Source: Tubiluchus corallicola (Eukaryota > Animalia > Priapulida). From it: a stretch of DNA of 64,000 nt. Shown piece after piece: positions 12,868 through 24,692 of the stretch. The notes beneath the pieces are model-generated. The model ran no database searches and was not told where the DNA came from. It saw only the letters and a list, made by a program, of their open reading frames with translations. The DNA is taken from contig JAQGDQ010000138.1 in the NCBI GenBank assembly GCA_030141605.1, positions 62,001-126,000 of the forward strand, written 5' to 3'. The position numbers were made by a program, and so were the translations under genes. Numbering within the stretch: the first letter of the stretch is position 1; every line of letters begins with the position of its first letter.

Positions 12868-14344
12868 CTTCCGATTCTGTGTTCCGTTTTTTCTTTGTCC
12901 TCTCCAGTTATTTCCCTTTTTTCTGTCTCAAGTTCCTAATTTGTTGAATCCACATTCCACGAAGTACTCGTGTAAATATTGATTTTAATGCCAATGCTAC
13001 GAACAACCACAAATGACCGTGAGTTTCGCTTTAGAAACTGGAATTAATATTAACCACTAATCTCTAACATCAACTCAAACTTTTTTCTCACAATTCAAAC
13101 TGTTTCCAGACTAACAACACAGTTTTAGTCTGCAAAGAAGAGTTGTGCACACGAATGGTTGATCTTGTGTTAAAGCTCGTTGTGCATTTCTAAAAATGAT
13201 GTGGGTCTATTGGGCACAACACCGTTCTAAAGCCAACTTTTGTGTGATGTATACGGCTCCAGAAAGTGTGCTAAGCCATCTTTAGGCACGCTGATTTATG
13301 ACTTGTCAGTTGTCTGATCACAATACATTTTCCGCGTATGAAATCTCATTGAAACTTTTAAATAAAGCCATGGAAGAAGTATTAATTGGCAACAAATTAA
13401 TTTCACGAAAAGAGGCGTTACAAGTTGCAATTAACTAGAAAGTACTTCTTTTCTAATTTTAAATCAAATGCAGTTTGCACATTAATTAACCATTCAGTGA
13501 ATTCACGTACTTTCACTAGAACACACTTATCAAAGCTAGCGAGAGTTAACGGAAGCTATTAAGCATTCTGGGACGTTGGCCAAGTAAGAAACAGAGGCGG
13601 CAAACCCTAATAGGCCTAATGCATGACTCCTTGTGGAACTGAATTTTTTCGTCCCTGATCACAACGGTTTTATCGCTTGTAAAGTTTTTGATTATTTAAT
13701 AGTAAAAGTTACAATAAAAGTTTTATTTGGGCTTATATAATGTAGCTGCAGCTGATGCGATCATGTAATTATGACCTGAGGCAATTAACATTACGTGACT
13801 GTTCTTTTTTTTGACGTTTTGCTGTGGGCCCACCAGGTGCAAACAGATGTTAACGCCGATTTAAAAAAGCCTAAAAGGGCTTAAACAATACCAACCTGTC
13901 CCTCGAGGGATGCGTAGTTATAGTAACACAATTTTCGCGAACCATCCTACATAACGCCTATACTTGTACTGACCTTGCAGAAAGCGTGTACAGAAGAACA
14001 ACAACAACGTATGCTCCATTTCTTACTACACATGCCGCACGATTAAAATTGTTATAAGTGTTGTGCAAAACTAAGAAAACTTGACAAGTTGTGAAAAGGA
14101 TAAATGTTCACACGTCTATGTCAAGTTGTCCTTAACATATTTTGAAGTTCTTTTTAACAGATTTTCTATTCAAAAAGCACAAAACACGTTCAGTTTACAC
14201 TTCTAAACTTTCTTTCTCTTCTGGAACAAGAGTATAAAGCAGTTGTTGATTGATCAGAAATCATATTTGAAAAATTAATGAAAGTGTGTGAATCTGCAAA
14301 AGTGTTACAACGTTATACACTGGTTGGAGGTTTATTTTAAACAC

Positions 14345-14480
14345 ATCATCGTTATCGTCGGCATCATCGTCACTTCCTCATCCATCATAATCATTATCAT
14401 TGTCGTCGTCATCTCATCATCATCATCATATCATCACCATCATCATTTATTTTAGTGTCGTCATTAACAACAACAGCAAG
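14345..14480. repeat. Degenerate (ATC/GTC)n trinucleotide repeat
   Basis: catcatcgttatcgtcggcatcatc... run. Confidence 0.8.
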
Positions 14481-15194
14481 ATAGATGGATTAATGCTACA
14501 AATCAATTTTTAATATATAGCATTTAAAGATTTAAAGATCAGGAAGTTCAAAGAAATCAGTGAACAATCGGGTTAATAAATAATAATCATAATAATTAGC
14601 AATGCTTTTTGTTTATTCTGCTTTAATGAATAGTTACATATAATTATAATAATATATTTTAGATATAATGATCATGCAGAAGCATTAAAGTTAGTTTCAC
14701 GAACATCAACGTAACGTTTTGTTTACAGTTCTATTTTTACAGCTATCATTAGTATTAGCATGTGTATAGAAACAACGTTTTAACAATTTATGGAAAAACC
14801 AACATTGGGTTTTCTTCTGACTACTAATTACTTTTTTAATAATTCAATGCAGTTTTCACAGCAACACTTGGCTGTGTAAAAATTGGTTGTCTAAAAAGCT
14901 GTAGTTTATATGTTTTAGGGAAGTAACAAAAATAACTTCGAAAAGCGGCATTCATACATGAAGGTAAAAGAATTTTAAATCACTAAAGAACTGAAAAAAG
15001 TTTTAATGGAAAGCATTTATCGAGTAAATTCGATTACAAAGGGTGGACTAGATTGGTTTCATTTGCTGAGAAAATAACGACGAGAAAAAACAATGGAAGA
15101 CACGTTGCAAGTAGAGAACCAAGGTATGCGAGAGCAGGCCGTGAAAAGTACTTGAAAAGTAGAAGACGCATTCTTGGTCATGATAATTGATCTA

Positions 15195-16120
15195 CTAGTC
15201 AGAAGACACATGCTGAAATAATCACGAGAACTACAGCATTTTCACAGTATTTCATTATTTTGACAATGGATTTCGTTTTTCTGCAATGCATTTCAGAAGA
15301 TAAACGATGGATTTCGTTTTTCTACAATATATTTCAAAAGATAGACGATGAATTCTATTTTTCTACAAATAATAGTAAAATGGAAACAATTAATTCTCTT
15401 AGTTTCCTAATGTTGACAATGATATTTAAAGATTGTTCTTTACGAAGTTGCAAGTAAAGTGGCATGTAGGGGACCTCTATGACACTGCACAACTGCCCAT
15501 CGAGAGTTCGAGCTATCATATTCTCGCATACAGTAATATTTGAAATTTTGAAAGATGTTTTTGTTGTTGTTGTTGCTGTTGTTGTTGATGACGATGATGT
15601 CATTGGTGGTGGTGGTTATGGCGGCAGCTGTGGTTGTGTTGATAATTTTGAAAGTAATAATAAGGGAACCATAGAGGAACCACTTTTGAAATTTGGTGTG
15701 TTCTTGTATATACATACACTATACTCTCATTACACACATACACACACACACTCATGTAAATCCAGCAGGAGTACGTTCATATCAAGATACATTATCGTAT
15801 TAAAATTAAATACAGTGTCAGAAAGCGAAATGCATCTTTTAAAATACAATGTAGAAAATAAAATTGTAAAACAAAATAGAAAGTACATTGAAGAAAAATA
15901 AAATCCATTGAGAAAATTTTGAAATACATTGTAGAAAAATGAAATCCATTGACAAAGTTTTGAAATACATTGTAGAAAAATGAAATACATTCTCTACGTC
16001 AGTAAATTAATAGTGCATCTTTAAGAATACTGTGCAAAAACGTGTAGAATGATCAAAAACGACCTGCAACTTTCTGCAAATCTCTGTAATGTTAGTGCTA
16101 AGCGACTGCTTCTGAACTAA
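15195..16120. mobile_element. Foldback-like element with long modular inverted arms
   Basis: Left arm has about 41-bp tandem units (atggatttcgtttttct(g/a)caat..atttca, 15267-15370). Right arm has their reverse complement (tgaaatacattgtagaaaaatgaaatccat, 15880-15990). Weaker inverted similarity continues outward. Confidence 0.6.
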
Positions 16121-18227
16121 ACCTACTTCGATATCGGGCCATCTAGTGCGACGCGTGTCGTGAGGTAATTTAACTCATTTTAGTATTTCTTTTGCATACA
16201 ACTTTACATTATAGAGTACGTCGTGCTCAGGTGGCTACTGTTAAATACTGGAACTCGCGAACACCATATAAATCTATCCAAAAATGGCTACGTATAGCAC
16301 GCCTTGGTCTAATTATGTAAATTATTTTGCAGCAAGAAATTACTCGTAACACATAGCATAAGTTCAATAAATTATGTAATATATGATGAATATATTGTAT
16401 ATATTGAAACTATGCAGTGTCAAACTTGAAATCGTATGTATGTCTTGTTTGTTTTCTTGTATTGTATGTATTTTTGACACTAATAAATGTGTAAATATAT
16501 TATGCAGTATGCATATTGGTTCACATACATCTGCTGTCACAACTCTTTGCAACTGTCGAATGTATTATTATTACAACTTATATTATACGTTTCATTCACT
16601 GGTTTAATTAGTTTCACTTTTGTGCATATGTTATCGCTATCATCTACATGCGTATATATATGTATTTTTCCTTTCACTTACTTTCAACTGTAGTATTGCA
16701 TCGCTTTATATTTTCCTTTCTAATCACATGTTCCTGATTCTAATATTAACTTCGTTTCACCATTATCAGTTATTGCAACTTTTTTAATTGATTCTAGAAC
16801 GATTGTAGTCAGCAAAATAACTAAAATTTGCATAATAATAGCGTTTCATATGATACTTCAATATCATGGTTTTTATGACATACCTGTTAATATGTGTTGT
16901 AATATTTTTCTGTTACTGCGTAAAATAAAATGAACTGTATGACCTGTAAGTGATATGTAAAATCATTTTTCTACTGAATTACTAACGAATTATACGGCGC
17001 TGTGAGCTGATGTAAGACATGCAGTCTTCTAAAAAAATTCATCATCAAGAGTGCTTACCAAATAGAAAATGTCATAATAATTATAATACCTTTTTGGTTA
17101 CCAAGGACAAAGAAACGCCTTAATTGCCATGTTTCTCTTCGTTTCCCAAGAACGGGTGCCTTTTCCTCCAGGTGTCCTTCCTCCGACCACACTCACCATC
17201 ACTCTCAATGAGCCATTTCCACCAAATAACACATTTTCAAAAACTTGGCACAGTTAAGCAAGCCACAAAACCACATTGTGGTTGACCCCGCCAAGCTAAA
17301 CGGGAGGCGTGGCCTAAGCATGAAAGAACTCTATTGAAGTTAAAAATGCTTCATGGTCACAGCTTGCTCAGCTGGGAATTGATGAGAGTGAGAAGGAGAG
17401 AGAGCGAAAATTTCGAACTTGACACGTTTAATCCGATTTTGAAAATCCCTCAATCGGTTGATGATTCAAAATTGTTTGAGTTGAAAAGTGAGAAGTAATA
17501 ATCGATTTCTCCCGAAGATTATTGCTGCCGAAAACACGAAAACAAATTATACGACAAGTTTTAAAAACATTTGCGTTCTAAGTTGTGCCCTTAGGGTTGT
17601 CACGTTGGTGGTTTAATAGCATGTTTCAAGGGCGGGTCTATTCGTTTACATTCAAACCTATAGAAATCACTGCTTCCAGACTTCAGTGCAATAAACAATA
17701 TGCTAACAGTTCAGCTAAACAGAAGAATTGGCTGAATATAAACAGTTATAAAATACAACATTACTAGTTTTGGGTCACGTATTGCTGACATGTAATATAA
17801 AACTTTTTTAATTCTGTGGGTCAGTATATGAAACTCCATAAAATTTACAACTCAACGCGCAATAAAATAAATTTTAACATAATAATTATTAAGGGCTTAA
17901 CTCTTCAACAGTTTTAAAATTTGAAATACAAATTAGCAGTAACGATTGTATAAAATCATCAATGTTTAATAACATCATGTTCATTGAATTACTTGTAAAT
18001 TAAACATTAAATCTTTCAACAACTTCGATTGACTATATGTTTCACGATATTATGTATAATCATGTGATATAAACATAACATAATATATAATAATAGACAC
18101 GCTAGTGGCCATGTACTTTAATAACAACCAAAATAGGTTGCTTAGGGATGAATACGATACTTAAATTGATTTTAATTGATTTTTTATTGTTATTGTAGTC
18201 TTTCAGATGCTTAATGTCGTTAGTTAA

Positions 18228-18878
18228 AGGACAAGAAAAGGGGTACCTGAAGTACGTTTCAGAAAACATTTATATTACTTTATAGCATTTTTATGCACAT
18301 ATCGTACTATTGAAAGGATTTTTTGTTTGTCTTCATTTTAAATCTCCCGCAATACTGTTCCGAATTCGCCATTACATAACGTCAGTTCGCAAACGTAAAT
18401 CACAGGAAAAAAACAATGTTAAATTATGTTCCAAAAAACTTTCCATGCAAATCTATATTACTTAGCTTATCGCTTACCTGCTGGAAAAACTTATGTAACT
18501 GGAAAAGAAAATTTTTAATTATTTATAATGTTTTACCAATTAATAAAATGTCACTGACTCACCCTCCAGGGTACACCACTCATTTACCAAAAACGTTTTT
18601 TTAATCTTATTGACAAGATACAGTAATTTAAAATTTTACTCAGTTAGTGTCATGTGCGCTACGAATGCTCTGATTATTTTTTCAAAGTTTGCAAAATGTT
18701 ATCAAAACTTGTTTCAAATGACCTGTCGTCAAAATCGCTGCGTCTAACGGTCATCGCTTGAGCTTAAATTTATATGTTTTATACAGCGCGACTGCCGATG
18801 TATGTAAAAAGGCAGTATGACATAAAGTCTCAAGACCAACTTTTTAAGCTTTATGTTTATGAAGGGTTTTCTTGTGCT
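18228..18878 (+). mobile_element. Non-autonomous DNA transposon with TTAA target site (Kolobok-like)
   Basis: TTAA|aggacaagaaaa ... ttttcttgtgct|TTAA (12-bp TIR, 1 mismatch, AG...CT ends); second copy at 63591-64000. Confidence 0.75.
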
Positions 18879-21039
18879 TTAAGTTATGCAACCCTACAAG
18901 ATAGCATCGTCTTAGTTTATTGAATTTGAAATTTAAAAAAGGGTTTTAAGATTGGTTCTCTGTTTTTCTAAACTTTTTTATTGTTTTACCAGGTGAAAAA
19001 TTGGTTTGTTTTCGTTGTACCTAAGCGCAACTTTAAAACCTGGTGTACAGTACCTGATTTTAGCAAAAGTCAAGTAAAGTACGCCATAGAGTTCCACGAT
19101 TGTTTTTGGTACTGCATTTTTAGATTTTAATTTCAATTTACAAAATGCAAAAAAACAATTTTTAGTTTTTTATATTTTCTCAAGTGATACAAGTTATGTT
19201 TGTGAATTACGGTGATAGGCATTCTAGGCAAAATTGCCCTTATTAATATATGGATAATAAATGCACTAAAATTATTTTTTGGAAACACATTCTAGTGAAA
19301 CTCCCTGTATAACCACATGTGCATTCTTTGCGCATTCTTTGTGGATTAGCATTTTTGACTGAAACGAAGATGAAAGGACTTCATACGAGCCATCTTTTCA
19401 TAGTAGAAAAGTAAAGTTTGGGAATAGACTAGCGCTCCCCATCTTTTCACAGCTCGGAGAAAGATGGTTTATAACACGTTAGTAGCTGAACTTGCAAATT
19501 TTTTCAGGTTTCAGGGATTTTTTATAAATGCAACATGCTGATTAAAAAATTGATAATTTATGAAACACATTATTTGCACTATTTGTATGGCCAAAAAATG
19601 TTAAGCGTGTTTTAAGCCGTTAGAACATTTTGCGTAAGTAGTTGCAAATTTTGTTATAAAAGCAGCGCAATGTTTTATTTTTTATGTCGATGCCTACAAC
19701 AGAATATATATATATATTCTGTACGTGTGTGTGTGTGCGCGCGCGCGTGTATGTGTGTATTCGTCACCTTGCAAGTACAAGTCGAAAATGCTAAAATATA
19801 GCACTAAATTCAAGGCACTAGATCCGCCATGTTTAAGGCATCCTCGCGACATCCGAAACGCTTATTTTGAGAGGAAATGGCGACCTTGCCAGGCTTGCCT
19901 ATATCCATTTATCAATTTAACTAAGCTTGCAAATCCTACTGTGTTTTCTTTATATAGAGGGGTTGTAACCTAGCTCTGCGATATGATGATCAGTATATAC
20001 TTGTCTACAAATGACTACTAATTGGTTATGGCCATATTAGAGGTTCTACAAACTATGTAGTCTTGTAGACCCGTATTGTAATACTGTCAAGGTTTAAAGT
20101 TATGAACATACTCCTATCAGAGTTTTTAGGCCCCTTGCGTAAGCTTCTACAGTTTTCTGGCACGATAAACACCATTTAATTCAGATCGCCAGTCTGATTA
20201 AGAACGAAGTCTTCGCTTCTAATAGTAAGTATCTTTTGAAGCCTTTGAAGCATCATCATCCATGTTTTTAATTTTAGGAAGTAACTGGGAACTAAACTTA
20301 ACCCGTTCGTTGTATTGCGTTAAAGGGCTGTCTGGAACGCTACTAAAAGTATAAAATAGTAGAAGATATTGGTTCATGAATAGTTTTAATGATAACAAAT
20401 GAGTGAGAAAAATATTTGTGTTGTTCCCTCCACATAGACGTGTAGCATGTCGTCCCTGAAACTTACATTGTTCCTTCAACGTCTTGTACCGTCTTTTCTG
20501 ACTGAGGGATGATGCACGTTTTCTCACGTATTATTTCGTGACTTCCACACTACGAACAGAAAAGTTGAAAATTTCTCGAAACGTAATTTCTAATGTTGAA
20601 AGGTATTATTTGTTGTTACCCCCGGCCATAATTACTGGGTGTCACATGACAACTGAATCTATTAATAAGTCATGCAAAGAAATTCTCACACGGGTGAAAA
20701 TATAATACTATGCTGCTGGCTCACTGCCGTTCCATCTAGAATGAACACAGTTGAAGTGGTTTTGAATTGATTTATTGTGACCTAAGCTGAACTCACAGAG
20801 ACGGCTGTGTCGTTTCATGCGAATTTACACCGGTTTTATTCAGTGTTGAATTTAGGTAACGCGAGGCCCTAAGTGTCAGGCGATGCTTGCCTCTCTTGTA
20901 AACTAACCACGACCGCTCGCCATAATAAAAGGAGATGTCTGCACAAAATAGTTTGATAGTACTGTCACTAATATCTTTAATGGCTAATTAGCGATCATAA
21001 TGTAAAAGCAAAGTTACGCCAGTGAACATTCTTGACTCT

Positions 21040-21915
21040 ACCAAAAACGGTGGTAAGATTTTCTTTTCTGACAGCTTTTGTTTCGCATTTACATATAAGA
21101 ATGATTTTCAAAATAATTAATAATATGTACTAAGTACAGTTAAGTGTGACATTAACAACGAAATCGGACTTCTAACATTTTGACCTGTGACCCGTAGGTC
21201 AAGGGTCAAGTAATCTTGGATGAATGTACACCATTTAATTTGTCTCGCCGAGACCTTGCGCGTAATTTTCTACAGAATACTAAAATCGGAGCTTCTTACT
21301 TTTGATCTGTAGCTACTCAGCTCGCTTCAGTACCTTTCTTTTGATGTACATGTATTACAAACTACTGTCTTTCGACACTGGGCGCATTTGTCTCCCCGAC
21401 CAACCAAATTTCGTTTTTTGCCCCTCGCGGGGTCAGAAAGATTGACTAATCTTGGCAACTTTGGCGTAGTTTATCCATTCCGTTCGTCTTATCGAGACCT
21501 TTCATTTAGTACACTACGACCCTACTGTTGCTCGACTCTGGAAGCATTTTTTCCAATGCCCCCCCCGTTTTTCGATGTTTGCTTTCTAGTGAGGACAGTC
21601 ATTCCATGCATTGTATTACAACCCAACATTTGATACACCATAAATAAGTCACTGTTACTCGACATTGGAATCATTTTTATCCCAAACACCCCTCCTGGCG
21701 GAAAAATTTCCCTACGCACACGGCACAAGCTTTCGACCCACCTAGCAAATACCAAGAATTGTAGCTGTAGCTCAAACATTATAGGAGGAGATTCAGAGTA
21801 CTGTATAGGAAGAGAAATCCGCTCACTGAGTTCCGTGACCTTTGCGTTGCGAGTTATTACAGAAACAATAAGATACAAATAAATAAATAAAAATAATAAA
21901 AAAACGGGGTAAATA
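21040..21915 (+). mobile_element. Dispersed non-autonomous repeat (second copy about 62925-63475)
   Basis: Shared aatgattttcaaaataattaa.aatatgtac, tttgacc.gtgacc, atactaaaat.ggagctt and end gcgag.tatta...aataaataaaaa...acggggt. The tgacct/ggtca motifs suggest a Helentron-associated MITE (inference). Confidence 0.7.
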
Positions 21916-22289
21916 AAAAAATTGCTCTTAAGCCAAATTTTAAAAACTTTTGCTCACAACGGATAAGTAAATTGTGGGAAATTTTGAACTTGATTTTAAT
22001 ACCTAAAATAAGCCCAGGGAACCCATTTTAGCCCTAAATTATAGGAGAAATATGGGAAAAGGTTGTTATACGCGCAAATCTTACAAAATGCGTTTACAGC
22101 TCTTAAAAAACTCACGTTTTTTAGTCTGTTATTTATTGCACTGACGGCATTGTATGATTTATTGCGTGACATTAACGGATCAAAAATTTTGATGTTGCTG
22201 TTGACACCATGGTTGTTATAGCAGGTGATAGCGTTAGCGATGTTTGGTGCAGTATTTTTTTTACTTTCAGTGGTTATCCTGTTTCCCCT

Positions 22290-22640
22290 CCTTGTCGTCA
22301 TTGTCACTCTCGCATTTGCTGCTACTTTCATCATTATCACTGTTTTTTACGCAGACATTACACACATTTTATTACCTGCTGGACAATGAAGGTATCATTG
22401 CAAAAAATTATAACTACTCTTAACAGTTATCATGTTACTATTAGTCGTTATCATCATTGGAGTAATCCTTATCTTTATCGGTATCATATTCATCATCGTT
22501 GTCATCATCATTGTTGCCGTTGCTATCGTCATTATTATTAGCGTCAGTGTTACCATCAACGTTGCCATCATTATCATCATTATCCTATACAGTACCGTCT
22601 TTATCATTATCATCGCCATCATTATGATCAGTATCATGTA
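22290..22640. repeat. Degenerate (ATC/ATT)n low-complexity tract
   Basis: Source of the spurious poly-I/M/H ORFs in the track. Confidence 0.8.
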
Positions 22641-23765
22641 ATAGAGTTAGAGCTACTCAAACACTGTAAGATGATATAAGTCACAACAGAGGAGCTTCAC
22701 ATTATAATAGTAATGGCGCAACCTTTGGAAGACAACATCCCGAGATGCCCACATATAAAATCCTCTTACTATTTACATAATCAGAAAGCTACTAAAGAGT
22801 GATATTAAGTTTATTCACTGTGGTATTTATGCATCATTGTGGTAAACATCAAAGTGCGATGTTCGTATTTGAGTTTGTTCAACGCACCGTTAATATAGTG
22901 AGTTTTCCACATTTCCGTAATGACCTGAACCTAACATTTACTTGAAAACAACAATTTTCAGCGATTTTCCGTGGGTTATCACTGAATCGACCGGTGAGCT
23001 GTTTGCTATCTGGAATAGAACTACAAAGGTGGGAACGAACAATTTACAGATTAATGACATTCCAGGAGAATCAGCTGGTTAAAAATCATCGACAGGTAAC
23101 GGTCTATATTCGTCACACGCAATTTAATATCAGCGGTACAAATATTTATTACAGGTTGGCAAACACAGACGTTTTTATTGAAATTTGAAGTGCAGTCTAT
23201 AGTTCCTGCTCTGCTCGTTATTCTTCAAGAAGCCATTTCTAAAAACATTGACAAAACACAAGATTATAGTTTGAATATTGTTACTTTGTTGCCAAGGATT
23301 GTTGAACAAGTGTTGTGCGTGACAGTGATATTTTTATCAAAAATATTTAAGCCCTAGTTACATACCTATTAAAGCCCGAGCGCAGATATTTTATAGCAAA
23401 ATGAGGTAAATATTGTTGCCTCTTTCTGCCTGCTTCGAGGAAGAGGTCCTAAGCAAAAAGGATCTTCCTTTTGTTAAAGTTGAAATTAGTTAAGAGTATT
23501 TAACTTGAAAACTTAAAGCAGTGCTGAATGATTATGTTTGCCTAAAGGCAACTGATCAGGCAAGTCCATAAAGCGTAATCCATACATGATTCAACGTCAG
23601 CTAATTAAGCTGCAAATGTCAGTTATACTTGATTTAGTTTTTGACAAACAGAATTATTGGTGTCTTTTATTATTGCAGTAAGTACTATAACATCTTAATA
23701 TTCTACGATCTTTCAGCAAACTAGTACTTTCTAAAGCGATTCTTTGTTTTTTTTTTGTATTAGTG

Positions 23766-24692
23766 ATGCAAGTTTTTTATTGTTCTGAAATGCCAAGGGC
23801 AAACGAGTGTCACAGCAACTGTGATGATTACTTAACTACATTCATGGGCATAATATCGCCCATCTTTTCAGGAATAACGTTAGTAGGAAACTGCATTAAC
23901 GTGGCGGTGTTTAAATCTGGATTGACATCTAAATCACCTATAAATGTCTTGCTGTTAGGTTTGGCTGTGACAGAAGGCATTGAGGGTGCTGCGTTTCTCG
24001 TGGACAAAATACTTGTGGTAAATTGCCAAAACTGCAGTAATAATACGATTTTTGTTATCACCAAGGTAGGTGATATGTCGTTTTATGCAGCAAACTGGAT
24101 AGTGGTATTCATATCTCTGTTTCGCTGTATTGCCATAACAATACCTTTACACCTCAAACACGTATGCACCGTTCGTAGAGCCCGATTTGTAATCTGTGCA
24201 TGTGTTATCTGCAACATCATTAGAGAACTACCATACTTCATTCAGTTTTTCGTTTATCCTTTTGACGAAGATGAACGTATCTTAGAAACGATTAACCAAG
24301 TGGTTGGTCGAATAATACCATGCTTTATCGTGTTAGTATTGACTGCCATATCCGTGTTTAGTGTTACAACTCAGGATCCTCATTTAATCAGGCACACAAT
24401 GGATCCTCGTTGCGATGATAAAAAAGTAGCAAGAATGTTGTTTATTTTGACTGCCATATTTTTCACAACAAACGTTTATTGCGTATTCACTCTCCTCTTG
24501 CCTATTTATGGAAAAAAAGTGGCACCGCAGGTAGAACTATCTACCTCCATTGTATTCGGTTTTAACTCATCAGTTAATGTGTTTCTCTACTTTATCATGG
24601 CGCCAATGTTTCGTACTGTTTTATGTTCAATGGTGAAAAGTAAATGCAAGGCCATGAAAAACTGCATCAAATGTAACCAAGAAAGTATTTGA
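23766..24692 (+). CDS. Class A 7TM GPCR, peptide-receptor-like / chemoreceptor-like, copy 1 (308 aa)
   Basis: TM1 GN motif (LVGNCIN), TM2 LAVTE, TM3 ISLFRCIAI (DRY position), TM5 IP, TM7 NSSVNVFLY, helix-8 FR. ATG at 23766 follows an acceptor (tttttttgtattag), implying a 5' UTR intron. Confidence 0.9.
   Translation: MQVFYCSEMPRANECHSNCDDYLTTFMGIISPIFSGITLVGNCINVAVFKSGLTSKSPINVLLLGLAVTEGIEGAAFLVDKILVVNCQNCSNNTIFVITKVGDMSFYAANWIVVFISLFRCIAITIPLHLKHVCTVRRARFVICACVICNIIRELPYFIQFFVYPFDEDERILETINQVVGRIIPCFIVLVLTAISVFSVTTQDPHLIRHTMDPRCDDKKVARMLFILTAIFFTTNVYCVFTLLLPIYGKKVAPQVELSTSIVFGFNSSVNVFLYFIMAPMFRTVLCSMVKSKCKAMKNCIKCNQESI

Noticed and set aside
15267-15990. CRISPR-like array of roughly 41-bp units
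   Set aside because: Eukaryotic context, no unique spacers, no cas genes; the units are simple tandem repeats in inverted arms.
20219-20527. 102-aa minus-strand ORF
   Set aside because: Non-ATG start, no recognisable motif or splice context.
21996-22641. Hydrophobic poly-Ile/Met/His ORFs
   Set aside because: Translations of a trinucleotide low-complexity tract.
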